Positions 51,276 through 63,290 of a DNA stretch of 64,000 nt are shown here, piece by piece. The translations under genes were made by a program, and so were the position numbers. Numbering within the stretch: the stretch's first letter is position 1; the number at the start of each line of letters is the position of its first letter. The notes below the pieces were generated by a model. The model was not told where the DNA came from, ran no database searches, and was given only the letters and a program-made list of their open reading frames with translations. The stretch covers positions 175,956,001 through 176,020,000 of the forward strand of contig NC_067398.1 of the NCBI RefSeq assembly GCF_016432865.1, in the 5' to 3' direction. The stretch comes from Antechinus flavipes. Lineage: Eukaryota.

Positions 51276-54079
51276 ACTTGTCTTTTTATACTATTTAAAA
51301 GCTATTATCTATGTTATCTTAGCTGTTAATGATCTTGAAATATGGGTAATAAACATTCTTCTATTTCATGTTTCCTGTGTCAATGGATTAACCAGCTTCT
51401 CATTTATATCACAAATAATGACTAGTTAATAAAAGAAATAAAAGTATAAATATTGTCATTTTAAAAATCCAAAACAGGTTATAATCCCCCTGAGGGCAGA
51501 AAAATGTTGTTCTTTAAAAAAAAAAAAAAGCAGAAAACAAGATAATGTATTTAAAATTCTTTGCAAACCTTGTCCTAAATAGAGTATAGTGTTATTACTC
51601 AGAACCCATCATAGCATCTCACGTGTGACAGGTGCTTAATAGGCTATCTAAAATATCTTTATTGACCACTAGCGGTCTATGGATAATATTTGAGAATCCC
51701 TGCCTTAGTGCAGTTTGTGTTTGTGCTATTTAAATAGTCATTTATGTCTGAGAAATATGGATGGTGGTCAGATTTGTCATTGGAGCATAAATGTGCTACT
51801 GTACCTGGTAATGGCAATGGTGTATTCCCTAGGTCTAGCCCTGGTAGGACTCGTAGCTATTCTATCTATGATGAGCAGCTTCAAAAAGGTTTAAAGATGG
51901 GGGTATGTGTAATTTAAAACCATGTCATTGATAACATTATTTTGAAGTTGCTTGGATTGTGATGGATATTTTAGGGAAGTTGGATGTTTGTGGGGAGACT
52001 TTTTCTATACCACTAATATCCAGTCTCTTAGGAGCAGAAAGAGACCCCTTGTCCCACTAAAATGCCTTATCATGTTTTAATATTTTAATTTATAGGAAAC
52101 CCAAAATGAACTTGGATTTGACAGGAATTTGGCAATGAGAATAAATATGTGGTATAAGGAAAGTCCATCACATATTATATTTGCATTTTTTGTTTTGTTT
52201 TTTTCCCTTAGTATTTAAAGGCAGATATTTCTGGAAGTCTAGTATCACTTCTTTTTGATCTTCAGGCACAACAAAGGTATCTATCAGACAGGAAAATACA
52301 CAACTATTCTCCTTTATCATCACTGTTTCTTCAGATTTCCTCAATGAATATAAGATTTAGTAGGTTTGTCATTTTAATTTTTAAATGTTGAAATTCAGAA
52401 TTAAAAAATAATGAAGTGTGTTGAAAAAAACCTCAGTTTTCTTCTTTCCCCTTCCAATAGACCACCCCTGGTTCCAAGAAATGTATGTTTAATGTGAAAA
52501 ATAGTGATGAGAAAGATTAGATTTCATGTCTTGCTGGAAGATTTAGAGTCTGAATAAGATACCAGGCAATGAACCAATAGGATACTGCATGTGATTCAGT
52601 TAAAAAAGGGAAGGGAGGAAGGAGAACATGGTACAGAATCCATGAGCCATTATTTAAGTGCTTGTGTAAATGTGGTTTAGTTCATCATCACTTCTTCAAA
52701 TTATGTTTATATTCAATTCTAAAGTAGACTTTGGAAGAAGCTCTGCTTCCTTATTTGAAGTGCCACTGACTGAACCAGCATTTTCATTAATTCAAAAAGT
52801 GTTCACCACACCAAAAAAATGGTCTTTTATCTCCAGTGTAGATAGACTTCAGTTAAAAGTTCCATTTTGCTTTATAACTCGTCACTTAAAATAAAATATT
52901 TCTTAGATTCTAGCGAATATTATGGAATAGTCCATAATAATTAGTCTGATTATGTTAAACATAATTCAAATAAAACTAAAGATAGCATTAATCACAATGT
53001 AATTTAAATGTGCAGAATATTCTGAAGGTCAGTGATTGGATACATTAAATACTTTGAAGCAAGACTTAACTTTGTAATGAAGTCTTTTTTTTTTTTTGGA
53101 AGATTATACCATTTTACCTGTAATACTTACATGAACACATAAAGCTACATAATGACAAATAATGCTGAAAGTAGGGGAGAATATATGTGTGTATATATAG
53201 TTCCATTGGTGTCTTCAAGATCAAACTGTATCTACCTATTGACATGTTTCATCAACATTTTAGAAATTATGTATTTTGCTGTTTAAAGAGGAAGTTTTCA
53301 GTTAAATTAGTTAACAATTTCAGACTGAGCATGTCAGAAAAACATTCAGCCATAGTTAATTCATTAGTTATAGTGTCAGTGTTCAGGGTAATAACTTCCT
53401 AATGTTAAAAAAATTTCATTTTTAAATAATCTTTAATGGTTTTGATTAGATGTTCCAAATTGATCTGCTTACCTGATCTGGTTTATGCATCTTAACAAAT
53501 GGTAGTCAATAGCTGCAATGAGTCCTCTTATATATCCTTCAGATCTTTCCTTCTAAGATCAATATAAACAGTATAAATTTCATTATAATACAACTAGTAA
53601 AAGTCAGTCACATAGAAAGCATAGTCACTGGGACCAGCTGTGCAGCTTTTCATGAATGTGGAGAAGGAATTTAGCATTCAACAAGCGCAATGAAAAATCT
53701 GATAATTGTCAGGGGAGGTGAGGATCTTCATAAAGCACATGTTATATTTCCAATTAGAATGTGAACTACTTGTGGGGAGGGGCCTTGGTTTGCCTTTCTC
53801 TATATCCTCTGAGTTTAGAACTGTCCTTCTTCTTAGGAAGCATTTAATAAATATTCATTTATTACCTGAATTAAACCAGGAAATCAAGCCATAAGTGGGA
53901 ATGTTTAAACTCAGGGAAATTGCCAGAAATGATGATTGGGGTCATCAGTATGAAGGCAGTGTGGAGGCAGGACACCACTTCTTAAGGCAGGACTGAGACC
54001 TCAGGGTTCTGGCACAAGGCTACTGCTGAGGAGGACACTTTGCTGGAGGAAGAAGAGCCAATCATCTGGAAGCATCTTA

Positions 54080-54345
54080 TTTTAACTATTTTTCATTCAA
54101 CCTAAACTTCTCTTTCCAAAGTTATTAATGATCTCTTCATTGCTAAATTGAATGTCCTTTACTCAGATCTTATCCTTCTTGACCTCTCTACAGTCTTTTG
54201 TCACTGCTAATTATGCTCTTCTCCATAATACTATCTTTTCTCTAGGTTCTGATTTGCTCTCCTATTTTTCATCCTACCTTTTCAATTATTCCCTTGTCTC
54301 CTTTGCTGGATCTTCATCCAGGGATACTCATTCACTGTAGGAATC
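54080..54345 (+). mobile_element. L2 internal fragment
   Basis: ccaaagttattaatgatctcttcattgctaaat...cttatccttcttgacctctctacag. Confidence 0.7.
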
Positions 54346-54349
54346 CCTC

Positions 54350-54462
54350 AACCTTTCTCCTTCCTTCCCTTCTCCTTCCTTCCCTTTCCCTCTTCTTTCC
54401 TTTCCTCTTCTCTCCTCTCCTTTTCTTTCTTTTTCTTCTTCTCTTTCCCCTCTCCTCTCCTC
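54350..54462. repeat. Homopyrimidine (CT-rich) low-complexity tract
   Basis: About 110 nt of almost only C and T. Confidence 0.9.
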
Positions 54463-55819
54463 TGTTAACCACTTACCCAAGGAAACAGGACCAAGATCAG
54501 TAAGCAAACCAGCAAGCATGTCAGTAAGATAACAGGAACCCCAAAGACAAATCCTTGGGCCATTTATCATTGTTCTAAAAGTAGGAGCAGAGATGGACTG
54601 GCTGTTCATTTTGAATGAGCATATGCTACCATTTATTTTTGCTCACAAATCTCTTTTATATGTTCTATGTAGGCATATGTGAAGAAATAAAAATAAAATA
54701 AAATAATGAGTTAAATAAAATAAATAATTCAAAGCAAGCAAATAAATAATAAATGAGGCAAATAAATACATGAAATGAAAAGTAAAAAAAAAACACATTT
54801 TATTCAAAATTGCAAATCAAAAACAACAACAACAAAAAAAAACCCTACCAAAAATAATCCAGTCAGAAAACTTTTATTGTACATATGCATTATCATTGTC
54901 TTCTAAAGCAGGCACTCCACCTTTTATTTCAGCATGCACTGCTGTATAAGCAATAGTAACAGGTTCTGTCACTGGTTATTTATCCTTGGTACAAATGCTT
55001 ATAAGAAGCAAAATAAAGAAGAAGGTGACAGTTAAAGCAAAACAATTTTATTTTTCCATCAAAGCCCTATATTAATATGATAGTTAATTTTAAATTTCAC
55101 AAAATGTATTCTAGGGATCAAGCCATGGGCTTTGGAAGGAGGAGGAAGAAGAGGAGATAAGCTCTATTCTTAGCTCTTTTTTTTGCCTATTGAGAAATGT
55201 GTTTATTGCCCCCTGCTTTGCTCTTCACATATTGTATCCCTGTTGGAAGTGCTAGTGTTATTATTTTTCTAGTCTTCCAAGCTCATACATTTGACATTTG
55301 CCTCTCCTCCTCCCACATTTAGCTGCCAGCCAATTTGGTCATTTTTTTTCCTCCTTCATTTCTATAATTTCTCAAGACCATCTTTTTTTCTTCAACCTAC
55401 ACTTGGGTCATTTTTGTCTTCCATCTTTGTAGCCTCATTCTTGTTGTTCCCTGCCATTTCTCACCTTGCAGAGACTCAAAAAGAGAGATGAAAAAAATGA
55501 AAGGAAAATGTGTGAGTGCCGTCTCACCTAGGCTTTTGGACTTAGCTGTCCTATTTGTAATCTCTCTCACTAGGGAAAAAACTATTTCATTTGTGTTGTA
55601 CTGGGCTGTGTGCTCTGCTTCTTTTAAATTACTAATGATGAGAGTTCAATTTTTTATTGGCTTATATTAAAAGAGTTTAGGAAAAGGGACGATTTTGCAG
55701 ATACATTGGTCTGATCTTACAGCTCTAAGTTGCAGAACTGAGGTATGGCAAAAGTAGGAATCAAACTTCTCTGGATCTGGGATAGATTTATAGAAGCTTT
55801 AATTCCTAAGTATCTCCTG

Positions 55820-57220
55820 GATTATATTTTTCTTTTTTCATTGTGTCATCAGAGTCATAAAGTCTTTTAAAATTGTTTCTCTGTTGTTGTCATTGCATAA
55901 ATTGTTTGTTTCACTCACTTCACTGTGCACAGTGAGCATCAGATCATAAGTTCTTCCCAGTTTATTCTGAAAGTGTACATTGCACAATTTCTTTTGGCAC
56001 AATAATATTCCCTTACATTCATATACCACAATTTACCTACTCCCTTATAGTAAGATATTCCTTAGTTTTCAATTTTCAACTTCCATGAAAAGAATTGTTA
56101 TCAATATTTTCTGTACATATAAGTCCTTTCCCCCTTTTATGGATTTTTTTGGGGGCATAAGCCCACTAGTAGTATAATGGAGGCAAGGGTCATTGACAAC
56201 TATATAGATATCAGGTCATAGGTCCGAATTACTTTCAAGAAGGGCTAGAGCAATTCATACTACCATCAATGGTGTACTTGAGGCAAGGATTCTTACAACA
56301 AGGTGTTAACTCAGTGGAATTGATAAGACAATGGTTATCTAGTTTAGCATGGTGATTAATAGTTCTCTAGTTCAATATGATTGATTTAATCTTACAACAA
56401 ATAATGGTTCCCTAGTGATATAATAATTGGCTTATACTCAGTATGATGAATTGATTTAATTGTAATAGAGTATATAAGCTGGGGACAAACTCAGTCACAG
56501 AAGAGAAGACTTGACCAGTCTCATGGTGACTCTCTTGCCTTGATTATTTCTTCACTAAGACTAAAGACTCGCGCTATTCCCAAGATCCTCCAGAGAGCTA
56601 ATCTGGACACTATATTTTAAACCACCTTGATGTGGAGCTCTAGAAAGCAACGGTACTTTTTGTCATCCCAACTTGGGGGCTCTAGAAATAAGGACATTAC
56701 ATTTGGATGTGCAGACTGCTGACTGGCTGGCTGACTGAAACTGCTTACACAGACAGGGAGACTGAGGGAGACAATAAAGACTTTGGATCTATCCCTGACT
56801 ATTCTTGTGATTATTCTGCTGAGACCAACGCTGGTCTGAAGGCCCTCCAGAAAGCTAGTCAGAACATTACATACTAGTATGCTCATTTTTTCACAGCGTC
56901 TCCAGTATTTGTTATTCCTCTTTTATTATCTTTGCTAATTTGATTGGCATGAGTCTGAATGTTTAAAGTAATTTAAAATTAAATTCTCTATTTATTAGTG
57001 ATTTAGAATTTTTTTAATATGGTTGTTGATGACTTGAATTTCTTCTTTGAAAACTGTTTCTGTCTTTTGACCCTTTATTGAAGAAAGGCTCTTAGTTTAA
57101 AGAATTTGAATTGATTCCTTTTTTATCTGGGAAATTAGGCTTTTATCAAAGAAATTTGCTTCAAAGATTTTTCCCCCCAAGTTACCTGTTTCCCATTTCA
57201 TTTTAACCACATAAGATCTA
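55820..57220 (-). mobile_element. Old L1 3' portion, interrupted by an LTR
   Basis: Minus-strand ORF MVYECKGILLCQKK and antisense L1 motifs resuming in register on both sides of the LTR. Confidence 0.7.
56279..56871 (+). mobile_element. Solo LTR, 593 bp, 4-bp TSD
   Basis: TG...CA termini, TSD tact (56275-56278 and 56872-56875), TATATAA at 56471, AATAAA near 56773. Confidence 0.9.
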
Positions 57221-57287
57221 ATAATAAATTCTTAAAGAAGCTAGAGACCTTTCATTTATTCATTCAATCGAAAAACATTTATAAATG

Positions 57288-58642
57288 TCTACCTCTCACA
57301 TCTGTGGGGAAGGAAGGAATTTATGACCAAAGAAGAATTAGAGAACATCAAATGCAAAATGGGTCATTTTGATTACATTAAATTAAAAAGGTTTGTACAA
57401 ACAAAACCAATGTAGCCAAGATTAGAGTGGAAGCAGAAAACTGGGGAAAAATTTTATCATCAAAGGATTCTGATAAAGGCTTCATTTCTGAAATGTATAG
57501 AGAATTGGCTCAAATTTATAAGACTACAAGCCATTCTCCAATTGATAATGATCAATTATCAAATTTGATATTTTGATATCAATTTGATTAAACTATCACA
57601 AAATACAAACATTTTTCAGATGAAGAAATTGTCATATGAAAAAATGCTCTAAATTACTATTGATTAGAGAAATTCAAATTAAGTCAATTCTGAGAAACCC
57701 CTCTATAGCTCTTAGATTGGCTAAGGTACCAGGAAAAAAATAATGATAGATATTGGAGGAGATGTGGGAAAACTGAGTCACTAATACATTGTTGGTGGAA
57801 TTGTGAACTGATCCAACCGTTTTGAAGAGCAATTTGGGACTATGTTCAAAGGGCTATCAAAGTGTGCATATCCTTTGATCCAACAGTGTGTCTACTGGGT
57901 CTGTATCCCAAAGAGATCTTAAAAGAGGGAAAGGGACCCCATGTGCAAAAATGTTTATAGCAACCCATTTTGTGGTGGCAAATAACTGGAAATTAAATGG
58001 ATGCCCATCAATTGGAGAATGGCTGAATAAGTTATGGTATATGAATATTATGGAATATTATTGTTGTATAGGAAACAAATCAGCAGGATGATTTCAACGA
58101 AGCCCAGAGAGACTTACATAAACTGATGCTAAATGAAGTGAGTAGAACCAAGAAAACATTGTATACCGTGACAACAAAATTGTGAGATGATCAGCTCTAA
58201 AGGATATAGCTCTTTTTTACAATGAGGTGATTCAGGCCAATTCCAATTGACTTGTAATGGAGATAATCCATTATATCTGAATCCAGAAAGAGTGACTGAA
58301 AATGGATCACAACATAGTATTTGCACCATTTTTGTTGTTTGTGGGTTTTTTTTCCTTTCTTTCCTTCTATTTTTTTTCTTTTTGATCAGATTTTTCTTGT
58401 GCAACATGATAAATGTGGAAATATGTATAGAAGAATTGCACATGTTTAAGATATATTACATTGCTTGCCATCTAGGGGAGGCGATGGGAGGAAGGAAGGG
58501 AGAAAAACTTGGGCCACAGGATTTTGCAAAGGTGAATGTTGAAAACTATCTTTGCCTGTATTTTGAAAATTAGAAACTATTATTTAAAAAAAAAAAAAGG
58601 AAAAAAAAGAATACTTGAAAATCCTCCTTAAAAAAAAAAAAA
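57288..58642 (+). mobile_element. 5'-truncated L1 (ORF2 3' part, 3'UTR, double A tail) inserted in an L2 end
   Basis: KGTPCAKMFIATHFVVANNWKLNGCPSIGEWLNKLWYMNIMEYYC; L2 terminal sequence on both flanks. Confidence 0.9.
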
Positions 58643-59129
58643 ATTATCAAGTGTCCAAAATAATCCCAGGAACTGTGTGGGGCTTTCTGAGGGATAATAA
58701 AAGTGTCCATAGCTCCTGTCCTCAAGGAATTTTTCATCTAGGAGGACGTATTTCTTTATTTCTTACTTCCGTTTAGCAGATACTGACCATGATGTGGTTC
58801 TGACTATTAAGTCAAAAGAAAATGAAGTCTGACCATAGAAAAGGGAAACAGGTTCCTTAGCTCAATCAAGTGTCAAAACAAGTATCTTGCCTAAGAAAAA
58901 TGGACAACGATTTCTTTTTTAGACTTGCTAAACATTTTTTAAAAAGTTTTTTTTCCTATTTCTTACATTCCGTAGATGATGCTTCTATACTCCTGCATTC
59001 TTGTGTCAGACTTCATGTGTTCTTTCATGGTACAGGAATTCCTGATTTAATATCATAAATCAATTCCATTAAAACTTAAATAATACTTTGAGATTATTTA
59101 GTTCCACAGGAATAAGTTGCTTGTTTTGC

Positions 59130-59372
59130 TTGTTTTTCATTGTGTCTGACTCTTTATGATCCTGTTTGGGGTATTCTTTGCAAAAATACTGGAGTGGTTT
59201 ACTATTTCCTTCTCTAGGTCATTCTACAGGATAGAGAACTGAGGAAAACATGGTTAAATGACTTGCCAAGGATAACACAGCTAGTAAGTATCTGAGACCA
59301 AATATAAACAAACTCCCAACAATGAGACTTCCTGGCTACAGGCCCAGGACTCTCCTCATTGTACCACTTATC
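59130..59372 (-). mobile_element. MAR1-like SINE
   Basis: tgtgtctgactctttatgatcctgtttggggtattctttgcaaaaatactggagtggttt. Confidence 0.85.
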
Positions 59373-60026
59373 ACTGGACAACTGGATGAATTATATGAAT
59401 AGAATTTCACAGCTTTATAGTGGGGTTTAGTTATAAATAAATTTGTTAAACATTTATTAAAAGCTTACTATAAACAAACCACTATGCTATATGCATTATA
59501 TAATACATTATTTATATAACAATGTTATTATGATATTGCTGAGATAATTATTGTTCAGGAAAACTTCCATATGGTATTCCTGTAACTAATTCAATTTAGA
59601 GTCTTCTAGACAGGCCTTTTAAATAGTCTATCCATGGAGCAGATGATGTAATATTTACTGCTATGGAAATAACCACAAAAAAATGCTGATGTTTTTCTTT
59701 GCTAATTTGTGTACTTTATGTGAGCAAATAATTTTAGTTAGTATATTTTTTAACTGAATTTCAAGGTAATTCTAACACTTTTAGAGGTTTAAAAGACTTT
59801 GTGGACACTTTCAATTTGCTTATAGAATGTGTAACTAAATTAGTAATCATTGCCCTCAAGGCTAATCAGTCACAAGATATTAAAAAAAGAGGTCAGGAGT
59901 CTCATTTAGGCTGAGTCTACACAATACCAACAAATTAAGTTTAAAAGAGTAACAAGCAGCCCTCCTCTTCTAAGGGCTGATGTTCTATCTGTTGCTTTAA
60001 TAGTTGCTCTTCTTCTCTGGGCTTAG

Positions 60027-60074
60027 GTCGACCAATTGTGAACTCCAGATGTGGCTTTTGAGAATACATCTGTG
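60027..60074 (+). other. Candidate 48-nt exon
   Basis: Acceptor ctcttcttctctgggcttag|, donor gtg|gtaaag, CpG retained. Confidence 0.2.
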
Positions 60075-61054
60075 GTAAAGCCAGCATCCTGTCAATGCTG
60101 TATCTTTGAGGCAATAATCAAGAGCAACTAAACATGAGAGAAGATGAATGAATTTCTCAACACTGAGCTGCCTGTCCGGTGTCCAGCCCTTTGAAGATCT
60201 AGTCAAGACTATTTCTGTGTTAGAACCTTGAGAGATGTCACACTAATTCAAAGAAAAGTCTTTCCTTGTTGAAACATTTTGCTTAATGACATCTTTATTC
60301 ATGTGAAACTACAGGATGATTTTCTACAATATGATTATGTTTTTGTTCATCAGAAATGTTATTTTTCTTTACAGAGTCTGGTTTCAATGAGCCAGCTATG
60401 TAATAGATATTAAATAAACATGGAATTTTATACATCCAGAATATTTGGTTTTTTCTTATGATTTTGATGAACTACATGTCAAGCATTGTTGGTTCATCCT
60501 TATTTACAAACTAAACATTTGCTTGTAGCAGAGTAATATAGTGACTAGCTTATTTTAAAATAAGTTAACTTTTGTTTTCAATGTTTAATGTGAAACTGAC
60601 TAAAATTTTTCTTCAAGAGCATACATATTTCTTTTTTGATAGCATGCATTCTGATATTTTTAACTTATTGCTATGAGTTATATAAACTAATAGTATTTTT
60701 GCTTTTAATAAGTTTTTTTCTGAGACAAATAATTCATAATGTTTTAATGAGACTAAATAGATCATATTAAAAGACAAGATCAGCTGAAGTTGATTTGCAG
60801 TAAGTGACTCTCTTAAAAGTAACTTTGAGGAAATTGTTTTGGGCAGGGTTGATCTTCTTGTATGAAATTTGGCAATGGTGAATTTATAAAACTCCTCCCT
60901 TCCTTCTTAATATACATAAACAAGAAAGAATTGAAAACAGAATACATTTTTTCTTTTATGATCTGTTTCCTATAATTAAGTCTTAATTCTGGTGTCTTTC
61001 TTCTGCTTTATTTTATTCTGTATATGGCTTACTTATTGTTATTTTCATATGAAT

Positions 61055-61165
61055 CCCCCATTTGACTTTGAGCTTCTTGAGAGCAGGGACTGTCTTTTAC
61101 CTTTCAACACTTAGCATGATGCCTGACACATAGTAGGCATTTAATATTTATTGATTGGCTGACTA
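61055..61165 (+). mobile_element. L2 3' end
   Basis: gagcttcttgagagcagggactgtc...cacatagtaggcatttaatatttattgattggctgact. Confidence 0.8.
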
Positions 61166-61859
61166 TCAAAAGAAATCAAATGAAAAAAAAGAAATGTTAA
61201 GTTATTATATATGTGATGTGGCAAGGAATTTAGTTCAGAGACTTTAGGTAATGATCAACAAGTATTCTATTCAACTTCAGCAACGTGAGTGTGATAAGAT
61301 CTCCTCGCCTGTGGGATGTCCTCAATAATGAAACCTTGTGTTTGCTTTAATTTAAAAATAGCACTATACACCCCTTTATAGTCTTTGATTCCATTTTTAT
61401 ATACCTACCTAAAAGGAAACAGTCACCAGCCAGTTAATCCCAATAAGATGAGACTGCCTCTGGCCCCCTGATAAATGCCAGTCCATTCTCCCAATGTGCA
61501 CTTCTAGATCTCTGGAAGACAGCTAAAGACTATATGTCTACCTCCATTGTTTTATATTTTTGAGTTGATGTCTCTGAATCCTTTTACTTTATCATTACTT
61601 TCAGCTTTCTGGCATTTTAGCTGGTAGGGGAATGATAATATCTTTACTTATATAGCTTCTGGACCTTCACTTTGAGATCTTTGTCCTTTGCTTAAATCTT
61701 TAGTTATGGGATGGCCCCTTGGAATGATTAATTTGTATTGCTTTGGTCACAACTTAAGCTTTGTAGCAGCCTCTCTGAATTTATTGCCTTAACTTCCACT
61801 TATCTTGATCAACAATAGGTCCTATCCCAAGTTTCATTTGGTTGTTATTTGGATTTTGA

Positions 61860-62250
61860 TGACTCAGAGTGAGTGTAAATAGTAAGTTTTTTTTTTTTTT
61901 TGACCAGAAACCCTGAGAGTCTTCCCCTCCCAAACAGTTTTTTTTTTTGAATAGATAAAATAGGCCAATCTTTTAGCCTCATTTCTTATCTAGTCTTAAT
62001 CACTGAATGGGTTTTGCCTCAGACAAATGGAAACCTAGGAAAGACCTTAGATGAAAGAGACCAAAATTTCCTACTGCATCTGGGGTCATCACCAGTAGTC
62101 CTGATCTATACCCTGTCACTGAATTTAGGTAACTCCAAAGGAGATATGATAGGTCAACACGGATGATAACTCTGTATCACTTAAATTTAATTCATTTGCA
62201 AGTCAAGACACCATCTTCCTGATGACATTGGTCCTCTTTGAGAATGTAGG
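61860..62250 (-). mobile_element. Marsupial RTE-related SINE (WALLSI/RTESINE-type; exact family uncertain)
   Basis: Minus strand starts ttgttgctgtggtttgccctacattctcaaagaggaccaatgtcatcagg. A short fragment of the same start lies near 22960-23005. Confidence 0.6.
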
Positions 62251-62619
62251 GCAAACCACAGCAACAATTTCTCTTGGCAGGTTGAGTCCCCCAAAGAGCA
62301 GCTAGAACTGACCCTGAGAGGATAATAAGGATTTTTTTTAGTACTGTTGCTCACTGGAGTGTTCCCCATTGATAATAAGCTAGACTTAGTTCTTAGAAAG
62401 AGTATTTAATAAGCAGGTATACTAAAAACAATTGCGACAGAAATATGCCTCCAAACAGGGGCTGCCCGCTGTTTCACAAACAAAATCCTTGAAAGAATAG
62501 ATTTAAACTTGAAGACCACATGTGACCAAAGAGTAAGGTAACAGTACCTATGACCTGGTTAGTAGAAGTCCTTTTCTTTTTTCAGGGAGTTGTCATAAAG
62601 TTCTCCTTACAAAGGAGTT

Positions 62620-62845
62620 CTGGAGTCAGCTCATCTCAAAAGAGCTGATTTTCTTCAGTGTGAGCATTTACAACTCAGAAATCAGAAAATGCTGTAAATG
62701 AGAATTGAATATATTGTTTTGTTGATTGTCTAGACTTTAGAAAGACATAGAAAAAATGTTAATAATGAAGATTAAACTTAAAAGTCCTGCATTTACTATG
62801 CCCCCTACCCACCCAGTCTAGTTGTTAAACAAATTTTGCCAGCAA
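62620..62845. mobile_element. MER63-like DNA transposon remnant
   Basis: cagtgtgagcatttacaactcagaaatc...gtctagacttt...gttgttaaacaaattttgccagca. Confidence 0.7.
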
Positions 62846-63069
62846 GTCTCTGCTTAGGTGTTGCTCTCTGCTGGGCCTTTGTGGTGTTCTAAAGCTAACT
62901 CTCTTTGTTGCATATTGTTTGTCCTTTTTTGTTCTCTCAGCCTCCCACACTTAAGCTGCCATCATCATGCCATTGCATCAGGTATTGCAATTTAAAAGAA
63001 ACTGCTGTTTTTGCCAATAGGAACTTTAAAACTGACATTTTGATATTCATAAGGTTACTTATTTGGCCA

Positions 63070-63290
63070 GATGGGTGGTACTGTGGATAAAATGCTGGAC
63101 CTTGAGTCAAGAAGACCTGAATTCAAGGTGTGTGTGATCTTGTAAAATTCTGTTTGCTTTGGTTTCCTCATCTTTAAAATGAGCTGAAGAAGAAAATGAC
63201 AAACCACTCCAGTGTCTTTGCCAAGGTAAAAACAATCCAAAAGGGGTCACAAGAAGCTTAAGAGTCAGACAGTAGTAAAAAGGGACTGAA
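63070..63290 (+). mobile_element. MAR1-like SINE
   Basis: gaccttgagtcaagaagacctgaattc...gaaaatgacaaaccactccagtgtctttgccaag...ggggtcacaag. Confidence 0.85.
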
